Source: Gordius albopunctatus
Lineage: Eukaryota
Assembly (NCBI GenBank): GCA_964276515.1
Contig: OZ193910.1
Coordinates: 8,618,001 to 8,682,000 of the forward strand
Reading direction: 5' to 3'
Length of the DNA stretch: 64,000 bases
Shown here: piece by piece, positions 54,901-64,000 of the stretch
Layout of the letters: each line of letters opens with the position of its first letter
How positions within the stretch are numbered: the stretch's first letter is position 1
The notes under the pieces: model-generated
Seen by the model: only the letters and a program-made list of their open reading frames with translations
Database searches by the model: none
What the model was told of the DNA's origin: nothing
Made by a program: the position numbers and the translations under genes

Positions 54901-55659
54901 TGACTTAAAAACATTTTTATTCTATTTGCTATAGATTTTCGTTTACATAATTTAAGATTATAGCTTCGTATATTCTTTTATAAGTAAGTTTAATTACTTA
55001 GTTGCAATGCACCAAAAGTTTTCTGTTTAATTTTATCAAAAATTTTACTGGTATAATTTTTATAGGGGCCATATAATTGAATAGATATTTTTGTTCTAAT
55101 CAAAAACTTAAGGTGTATTAACTTATATAAATTTATCAAATCAATGTTAACTGCTTATTGAAGGTTGAGTATTCTCATGTAATCTTATTGAAGTATTTTA
55201 AATGGTAATACTCATTTCTAACGTCTTAGGTGTATTAACTTAAATTAATCAAATAAAAGTAAATTCTTGAAAGTGGAATATTTTCATGTAATTTTATAGA
55301 GTAATTTAATGTTTATACTATTTTGAAATATTTTAGATGAATTAACGGCAGAAATAATTTATCATTTATTATTTTTACATGATAATTATTGATGTTTTTT
55401 TTATGAATATGTCAAAAATATAATAAAATTTTGTGAAATTTTTGATGAATTAGGCCGGGTGCGGAGTGGGTTTAAATAAATTGGAAGGGGCTTGCTCGGG
55501 CCTGACGTTTTTTTAAACGGGTATTAACAGGCCTGAAAAAGTTAAGGACGGGCTCGAACGGGCCTAAAAAATATACGGACGGGCTCGGACGGGCCTTGAA
55601 GTTTTGAAAACGGGTACGGGCGGGTCAACCTTCTAAAAACGGCCCGTTGCAGATCTCTA
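51995..55659. mobile_element. hAT-type element (MITE ends) enclosing a CRE-like retrotransposon
   Basis: TIRs TAGAGATCTGCA / TGCAGATCTCTA, perfect 8-bp TSD CACCACAC (51987-51994, 55660-55667), CGGGC subterminal arrays. Confidence 0.9.
52165..54875 (-). mobile_element. CRE-like non-LTR retrotransposon (RT, Cys/His knuckle, restriction-like endonuclease), frameshifted
   Basis: ISRISRGAR..W, RPIAIG, QLGFGVKGGCEA, KLDFANAFN, GIQQG, WYLDD, LNISKCE, then C-C..H..C, RH, RPDG, WDFT, KTVKY, FIPI. No APE domain. Boundaries are approximate. Confidence 0.85.
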
Positions 55660-56688
55660 CACCACACATCATCAATAACTCACGTGTACTAAGGCTAGTG
55701 TTATATAAGCATATAACTCAATTAGATAGAGAGGGAGGGAAGCTCAAAGGATGCCGCAATTTTGCATAGGGACTAATTGCATTTTTTATATATATGAAAA
55801 AGTAATAAAAATAGGGAAAAAAATCATTTTTTTATTTTTACCCTAAGTTGGTTCTACCACTTAGAGGTTTAAAACTTTTTTGCTATTCAAATTCGCCCTA
55901 TAGAGCGTGAAAAAGAGCTAAAAAGGGTCATTTTCGAAACTTTGAATCGAAATATTTCAAAACCCTGACGTATAGGAAAAAAAACGAAAAAACTCTATCA
56001 GAGTATGTTGACTGTTTCTCAGTTGATTTTTTTGTAGTCCTGTGTTATTTAACGTCTCATTATTAATTACTACTGCATGTATTAAATTAATTTCTGAATT
56101 ATGATCGTTAGCATAAATAAATATTATGCTTTTTCAGCCATTTATTCCCTAGGGTGCCTGTTTTACCTAGGGATATTGTCTAATAAAAAACGCATAACGT
56201 TAAAATCTGTAAAAAATTCTCTTTTTTATATAAAATTTTTAATTGTATACTTTATAGCTTTGGTGCTCAGTATGCAAACTAAGTTATTCAGATTTAATAG
56301 GCAATTAATCTTTGAGTAACTCAAATTGTTTTATTTTCTTCTAAATTATATAACCAGTAATGTTAATTATATGTTTTTTATTTAATTGTTATTGTAGATT
56401 TCTTTAAAAAAGTAACTAATAATTTTGACAATGCCTATTGGGCTTAGTTTTATGATAATTAACATTTTACCATAGCTACAATTATTCTTTACTAAGGAAA
56501 TCGTATTGCTATAGGTATTAGGCTAGATTTTATGTTTGCCATGAACCGTTTGTATATTCTAAATTGACTCTCGAATGGACAAACTTTCTTTGCCAAAATT
56601 TTCTATTTGATTTTATTTAAATCACATATGTATTTAATTTTTGGACTCAATCGCATGTATTCACACGTTTTTTATTGAATATTCAAAT

Positions 56689-59600
56689 ATGGTAAAAAAT
56701 GTGTATCTTAATTTTACCATCATTTTTAGGTAAAACCAATTAAAGTCTTAATCACTGGTGCTGCTGGTCAAATCGCTTATTCCTTGCTATACTCAATAGC
56801 ATCAGGAAATGTATTTGGAACAGATCAACCATTAGATTTAATATTGTTAGACATTACACCAATGTTAGGCAACTTGAATGGTGTTTTGATGGAAATACAA
56901 GATTGTGCATTTCCAAATGTTCATAGTATATATTTTTTTATAGATCAATTGCCTTTTTGTGGGAAAATTGTATTTCATTAATTAGTTCTTATTAATATTT
57001 TTATTAGATAAAATATTTATAACCTTATTTACAATGTATTAGCTATAATTCTGATTTTTAATTAATATGTATTGCTTTATTTTAATTTTAGAACTATTAA
57101 TAGTATACAAATAAATCTATATAAAATTCTTAATTAATTACATGTTTTAATTAAATAGATGTTATTGCAACAGACAAAGAAGAGGAAGCATTTGCAGATA
57201 TTGATGCAGCTTTTCTTGTTGGAGCTATGCCAAGGAAGGAAGGAATGGAAAGAAAAGATTTGCTCAAATGCAATGTCAGTATTTTTAAATCGCAAGGAAA
57301 TGCCTTAAATAAATATGCAAAGAAAACTGTAAAGGTATAGGTTATATAGTTATTATTTATATATAGTAAGCCTAATTTTTTTTAGTAAAAAATATGAGAT
57401 GTCTAATATTCTATTGAAAATATATTTCAAATTAAGTAAAGTAAGTTTTGTTAAGGCATATACGTGTGTGTAACCATGATTTAAATTAGGGAGGGCAATT
57501 AGTATGTAAATAATTTATAAAAGGGATATATAATAATCACAACAAATTATTTGTTAAGTATTTTATTGAAATTGCTAAGTATTTTATTCATTTAAAGTAT
57601 TTAATTTGTTTGCTAATGTTTTTAAATTTATGCTAAGTTTTAAATTCAAATACTGAGTATTTTATTGTTTTGCTAAGTATTTTAATGTTTTGCTATTTAA
57701 ATAAATTGTGCCAAGTATTTAAATTATTTGCTAAGTATTTTATTATATGCTAGGTTTATAAATATATTATGCTATGTATTCAAAAGATTTTATAAATTTT
57801 AAAACAAATCAAGCTGTCAGTTTTTTATATAACATTTGATATCAAATTGTGAATGCGATCAAACAATAACTCTCGTTCTTTGGCGCCAAGATCACACACT
57901 AATTTGACATACATTCATTTAATTGCTTAATTATGGAAGTCCAACAAATCTCGCCTTATTTATCAGACGAAGAGGAAGCTCAGGAGTTGAAATACATAGC
58001 AGGCAGTTGTACAAATATTTTTTATTCAAATCTAAAATAAATTATTCCCCCCCCCCCAATTTTTTACCTTCTTTCTCACCGGGAGGGGGGGGGGGCAAAT
58101 CACTCCCACCTGGTTGAGAAAAAGGGTAAAAAATAAGAGGGGCAAAGTTCTTCAAACCTTATAATCTTATATTTTTTAATACTCAGCATTTTGATTAAAA
58201 TTCATAATTTAGATTTTTAAATAAAAAACTTAGCATTTTAATAAAAACTAAGCATTTCCTTTAAAATACTTAGAATTTAGATTGAAATACTAAGCATAAA
58301 ATGCTTAGCGTTTTTTAATAAAATACTTAGCACTTTAATTAAAATACTTAGCAATTTGTAATTATTTACTTAGCAGTTAAATAACACCCTATTTTTTGCG
58401 CGTTAAATAAGGAGAAAAATGAAAAAACTTTTAAGAAAGTGCCAATAAATGTTGATATATCTCAGTTCTTCGGACATTATCAAGTTCAGAATTAAAAGTT
58501 TATTCAGAAACAAATAATTTTTTTTTGAATTGACATGCTTTATTAAATAAAAAGTATTAAATATTGAGTGGAATTAATAAAAAGATACAAGAACGAAAAC
58601 ATTTATAAAAAAAATGATTCAAACACATTATCCGTTTCTTCGTCTTTGAGAATGGGCATTGAATCCATCAAAGAATAAAAATTGGATTTAGCAATCGCGA
58701 TGGCAATTGATTGTCTTAGTAAAAAACTTTCGATATTTTAGAAGGGGGCGAGCGTTTATTGAGTTCTTTAAAAAAATTTAATGCGCTCTTCCCAAACGTC
58801 CCTGAGGTTGAGCACGACGAGACGATAGGAATAAAAACAGAAGTTTCTGATAAAGCTGAGTATTTTAACGATTTGCGGTGCTCTGCCGATCCTAGTAAAA
58901 AGGCTGCGCTCCATGTCATTTCATTTTTTCCATTTGTGGTATAGTAGGTTTGATTAGGTATTAGATTAGGAATATCAGTACCAGAAGGGCAGAAATTAAT
59001 GTTATCTTCCAATATTAAGGTTGATGGTGGACATTTAGTGTTTGTGGGAGCGAGCTTCCCCGAGAAGGGCCATTTATTGTTAACAGGGCCATGTTGAAAA
59101 AACCATTCTTTTTGTTTAATGAGATATTTCTATAGCACAAGGAGCATAGGACTTTCAAAAGGACCATTTAATATGTATTTGCATTTTATTAAAAAAAATT
59201 GCTTGAAGGGCCAGGGGGCCAAAGATTTTTCTCTTGGGGGCGGGGGTCATGGGACCAGGTTTTATCTCTTAAGTGGGCCTGGGACCCTCTTTAACTATTT
59301 GTTTAAAAATTATCAAACTTTATTTTTACTTCAATAACCGCTTTATCATCATGTAATCCCTAAAATTCCAACATAATTTAATACACCCGGGTAAATGGCA
59401 AAACAACGTTTGCCGGGTTCATCTAGTACTAGATATTCTTAAATATATCTCATTGTTTGCCTGTTATTTGAAAAAGAGATTTTCAAGTGAGACCTTTGAG
59501 TTTGCATTTTATTTTGTAGCTAATATTTAACTCTTAAACCGTATACATTTTTTTGAGCATTTATAAAGCTCTAATGGTGAATTTAAAAAATGTTGTTGAT

Positions 59601-61021
59601 TTCGAGGCTACAATGTTAGGATCAAGTCAAATTTGCCTTTAAAAATTTTCAATTTCAAAATATTGGTCATTAACAATTTTTTTAAAGAAATGCTACAATT
59701 TACATTATTAAACTTTTGTAGATAACATTAATTTGCTTAAATAAAAATAATTTGTTTCATTATACTAATGATATTTAATTATATTTTGAACCAGTGGATT
59801 CCATTTTATATTAATTTAATATTCACAATTGTATAAATTTTAGATTTTTTTGCTTAGTAAACATTTAAAATATAAAGAGAATCAATTAAGGATTTAAGTT
59901 TTAAATTAAGGTTTTGATTTTGACTAGGTATTAGTGGTAGGCAATCCTGCAAACACCAATGCGATGATATGCTCTCACTTTGCCCCAACTATTCCCAAAG
60001 AAAATTTTTCAGCTATGACGCGCTTGGATCAAAATCGCGCTACAGCTGCGGTCGCTAATAAAATTAATGTTCCCGTGTTTGAAATTAAAAATGTTATAAT
60101 TTGGGGTAACCATTCTTCGACTCAATATCCATATTTAGGGTATGCTAAATCAAACAATGGACCTTTGGAATCATTGCTAAAGAATGATAAGGAATGGATT
60201 CAAAACGATTTCGTCAAGGTACTTATAAATTTTTTCAACAACAAATAATAATATTGCAAAATCAATCCGTAACTTTTATGATGAACACAAATTAATTTTT
60301 TCTCTATACATTAAGATTCTCAAATAATTCGACCGAAAATAAGGGTTTTATCCTATTTTAAAAATGTGTACTTTACAAGTCGATCAAAATTGAATTTAGC
60401 TTGTAATTCGTAAATCCTATTTTAGGATTAAAATGTAAAAACAATTTGCTTTACTATAATTATGTAATACCAATCCTTTGAATAATATTGCGAAATTTGC
60501 TTTACCTTAATTTGTTTTTGATTTGTATTTCAACATGACATTTTATCTCCATATAAAAAATATTTCCCTTTTTATATTTTTATTAAGAATGTGGGTGGGA
60601 AAATTAAAAATTACTTGATGCATTGTGATATATTTCACAGTACGTGCAACAAAGAGGAGCGGCGGTTATAGCTGCGCGGAAACTTTCTAGCGCGATGTCG
60701 GCTGCTAAAGCCGCTTGCGACCACATGCGAGACTGGTGGTGGGGAACTAAAGATGTAAGTGTACAATCGATTTTAATGTTGTGATCTCATTGTGTGTGTA
60801 TAACTTAGGATGATTGCGTTTCCATGGCTGTACACAGCGACGGGACACATTACAACGTACCCAAAGGTCTATTCTACAGCTTTCCCGTCACGATCGGCAC
60901 TTCCAAGGAATGGAAAATTGTCGATGAACTAACTATTGACGAATTTTCGCGACAGAAAATGGATATCACTGCGAAGGAATTGATGGAAGAAATGAATGAC
61001 GCCCTTGCCTTTACAAATTAA
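56689..61021 (+). CDS. MDH1: Malate dehydrogenase, cytoplasmic, ~330 aa
   Basis: Exons 56689-56691 (ATG only), 56730-56925, 57159-57334, 59928-60218, 60641-60754, 60809-61021 (993 nt). Motifs [74 protein letters not shown]. Confidence 0.97.
57550..58380. repeat. Inverted arrays of GCTAAGTATTTT units (foldback-like) in MDH1 intron 3
   Basis: TGCTAAGTATTTT units at ~57550-57780 and AAAATACTTAGCA units at ~58180-58380. Confidence 0.75.
58560..58925 (-). mobile_element. 3' relic of a second CRE-like element
   Basis: [39 protein letters not shown] is homologous to the 52377-53183 C-terminus. Confidence 0.75.
59340..59427 (+). mobile_element. Helitron 3' terminus
   Basis: GGCAAAACAACGTTTGCCGGG..CTAG|T, the same hairpin as at 14718-14747. 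Confidence 0.7.
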
Positions 61022-61899
61022 TTATGTCATATGACAGTTCCTTTCTGGTCCCTCTTCAACCTAATTAAATTGTTACTATGCTAAGTTTTTCTATTTCATA
61101 ATATGGTCGATGTTTTTGTGATCTTTTAATGCTTTTTGAAGTGCCGCTTAAATTGCTATCAAATACGCGCTTTATATTTATTACACTTTGATTTTGATAA
61201 CTTGTTATGACAAATTTGATCTTAACCCATCATTTTTTAATATAGCGTCAATTTAAAAAATTAGAAACTTGGGTAGCATGGGACGGATTATGTGTTTTAT
61301 AACTTAACATAGTTTTAAATAGATATACCATAGTTTTTAACGGTCTAGATTAGTAGCCGCTCTCACTTACCAAACTAAGGCGCTCTTGTCCGTTAAATGG
61401 TTAATTTTATCATTGAAGTTTATATAACTGTGATTATTCAATCCTTACTAACTTTGCGCCTGCCACTGTAGAGAGGAGTTACGGGGAAGAGGATAAGGAT
61501 AAATTTTTCCAGCAAAGACTCAGTCATCAAAAACACTAAATCTAGCACGCGCGGTCAAACGACGTTTTTCAATTTTTTGTTTTATACTTTCAGGTATAAA
61601 ACTTTATTTCATTATCATAAACTTGGCGACTTCTAATATTTTATAAGAACAATATATTGTTCGCAATTATTAAATTTTATATATTTATGATAAATTCGAA
61701 ATGTCTTTGCTACCACGGTTGGCCTTTAATAATTCCAAATTATTTTTACCATTAAAAGAAAAATTGCTTAAAAGATGGTGAGAAATTTTAGTGCACGGGA
61801 ATTTAGGACGCTGCCACCTAGATTTTTTATGAAGCGACATAGGTGCAAAGCTTACAACGAAAAGATTTAGTTAATTTGACAGCCACCAGACCCTTCATT

Positions 61900-63300
61900 T
61901 AACCATTTCACAGTATATCAATATTTTTAGCATATTTTGAGGAAGCTTAACCTGTACCACTAACCTTTCATGCATTTTAAGAACATTATTCGTTTAAAAC
62001 TGCTTAATAAGGACGGGAACGTTAATTCGTCTATGCCTGCCAAAACATCTTTTATATTACCTTTACTCAATTCAGGGTCTGCATTAATTCCCTTAACAAT
62101 ATCGTTTAAATCTAAAATATTTAAAGGATTGTTGTCCTATTATAGCACAAGACAAAGGAGAGACCTTAATGCTATATGCATGCGCCCAAACGCAATAGTA
62201 CATCAGTCACATGATTATCCTGTTTGCCTTAATTTAGGGTTAACGTAAAATTTTAGACTAGGGGACATCAATAGTTCGGCTTTAGGCTTTTTATATAATG
62301 CAACAAGCGGCTTTTGATCCATTATTATAGGAAACGATCTTACAATTAAATATTCACGAGATTGCTGTTACCCATAAATCATCGCTAATGCCTCGCGTTC
62401 TATAGTGAAAAACGCCAACAACTTTGAATTAAGGCGCTTACGATGCCAATATCAGCAGACGTAAGGAGCCTTAGTATATGCAGTTTATTAGGATCATAAC
62501 ATATCAGAATGGTGTTTTTATGCAAGATATTTTTAAATATTGCTTTTACTCCATTTAAACATGATGGCACTTTTTGCCAGTTCTTGCAATGGTGTGACGC
62601 AGTGTAATAAATAAACTTGCTGTAAACCTATAAATAACGGTAGTTCCTTTAATATTTTTTATAGCTTCTATTGTCATATTTTCGTTGAATATTCCGATGT
62701 GTCCTGAATAGAGAACTTGTTCAGTCCTAAAAATACATTTATTAGCTGACACTTTTAAGCTTTTTAGACTAATCGTCTTTTGTCTGTCCTGTTATTAAAA
62801 TATCTTAAAAAACATTTTACCCGCAGCTGAAATGCTACGCCAAAAGAAAACCGTTGAAATTATAAAAGTCCGGCATCCGTATTAATCCTTAGAAGCCGTG
62901 ACGATTTTTCATTTACCTGTAATTGCAAATAAGCGTTGCAAAATTCCATTATTGACAAAATTTATTTCTACCCTAGGCAATGGGTACTTTACCTTAATTA
63001 TACATCAACGTAATCCTATAATTACAGCAAACTTTTACCGTTCCTTTTAAGAGATTTATTGTCAACGGGACCTGTTGACAATAAATCTCTTTAAAGTATT
63101 CTGTAGGAGGGAAAAAATCTATTAAATTTTACCGTTCCGTCAGGCTTTATGACCGGTATAATAGGTGTAGTCCACTCTGAATAACTTAGGGTGAAGGATC
63201 AACAGCTTTTTGATGAAAAAGAGAAAGAATAATGTACATTAGTAGTTATACATTGGAATAAAGTGCGCATTCCACAATTTTAAAAATATAATTAGAATAA
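61900..63300 (-). mobile_element. Degenerate Gypsy pol (RT/RNase H) relic
   Basis: Minus-strand translations IEREALAMIYG..YL..RSF.I.MDQKPL (~62290-62405), KCIF..EQVLYSGH, and YPLPRVE / NAYLQL..INTDAG..RFSFG (~62830-62990). Confidence 0.7.
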
Positions 63301-63550
63301 AGCGTTTGGAGAAACTTTTGTGGTTTTATGAGATCAAACAATACTAAATTTCCTTTGTTCTATATAAATGGTAAGAAAATTATTGGTGTTCTAGTTGAAT
63401 CAGGTATTTTTTATAATTTCCTAGCAAAAGCTTATATTGTCTACTGTTTTATATAAATTTTATGACGACGATTTTCGAATCGAGAAAATATGGCAATGCT
63501 TATAATGTTTAAACTTCATTAAATATTGGTTTAGTCCATAACAAATTACC

Positions 63551-63976
63551 CATAGATGAGATAGACTGCGTATGTCATGTTTCATGTGGTAAATTGTATG
63601 TACAATTTTCATCTTTTTGATGATAACAACTGGTGTATTTCAACCATTAAACCATGTCATTTTGCGCTATAAGAGTCAATTTACCTTCCTCACTAGTTTA
63701 TAAATTTGAACGAACGTCAATAAATTAATATTATATTATTAAACATACTTTTTCACAGTTTTAACATTTTTATGTATTGTGTAAATTATATTTATTTAAG
63801 AATGCTCTTTTTTATTTCTACCCAATTCAATATCTTTTGATTTACCTTTTTAAGATTATTTAATTTACAAAAATTACTAATATCTATATAATCACTACTA
63901 GGAGAATGTTAACATCAAAATGGTGGAAAAAAAGGTGCACATTTTGTGCGCTGATGAGCAGTCTATCTAGTCTATG
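63551..63976. mobile_element. MITE with 8-bp TSD (P- or hAT-type)
   Basis: CATAGATGAGATAGACTGC / GCAGTCTATCTAGTCTATG termini, TSD AAATTACC on both sides. Confidence 0.8.
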
Positions 63977-64000
63977 AAATTACCTTAATTGATTTAATAC

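Larger units (their letters stand above)
51626..56044. mobile_element. Foldback non-autonomous DNA transposon (Chapaev-like), left terminus lost at the RTE junction
   Basis: ~300-bp inverted arms at 51626-~51932 and ~55667-55970. The right end continues to ...GTCCTGTG|TTA, similar to 15670-15806. Confidence 0.7.

Noticed and set aside
61019..61084. MDH1 stop-codon readthrough to a peroxisomal isoform, as in vertebrate MDH1x
   Set aside because: The stop is TAA-TTA rather than TGA-CTA, and the in-frame extension ends ..KLLLC*, which is not a PTS1.
63945..63985. Hammerhead-like CTGATGAG...GAAA
   Set aside because: Stem II does not pair, and the sequence is explained by the MITE TIR plus TSD.

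Overview
AT-rich, intron-containing eukaryotic DNA, most likely from an invertebrate animal given the bark beetle/anakonda homologue. The standard genetic code fits, and there are no prokaryotic features. I reconstructed three host genes by hand, all on the + strand and all closing in frame with GT-AG introns: SART1/Snu66 (4508-15253, 17 coding exons, ~696 aa), a giant bark beetle/anakonda-like tricellular-junction protein (29305-44729, 18 exons, ~3315 aa) and cytosolic malate dehydrogenase MDH1 (56689-61021, 6 exons, ~330 aa). Many introns are only 33-45 nt. The rest is dense, often nested transposon sequence: Gypsy remnants and LTRs, a ~1 kb TRIM-like LTR element, decayed RTE-clade LINEs, a CRE-like RT plus restriction-like-endonuclease retrotransposon, and MULE, hAT, pogo-like, Helitron, Chapaev-like and P-like elements and MITEs. 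Two observations stand out. First, a young Mutator-like element inserted exactly at the SART1 start codon, with the ATG inside its 9-bp target-site duplication. Second, a CRE-like retrotransposon sits between intact hAT termini, which in turn lie in the loop of a foldback element. I cannot establish a novel system from the sequence alone, so these are hypotheses to test.
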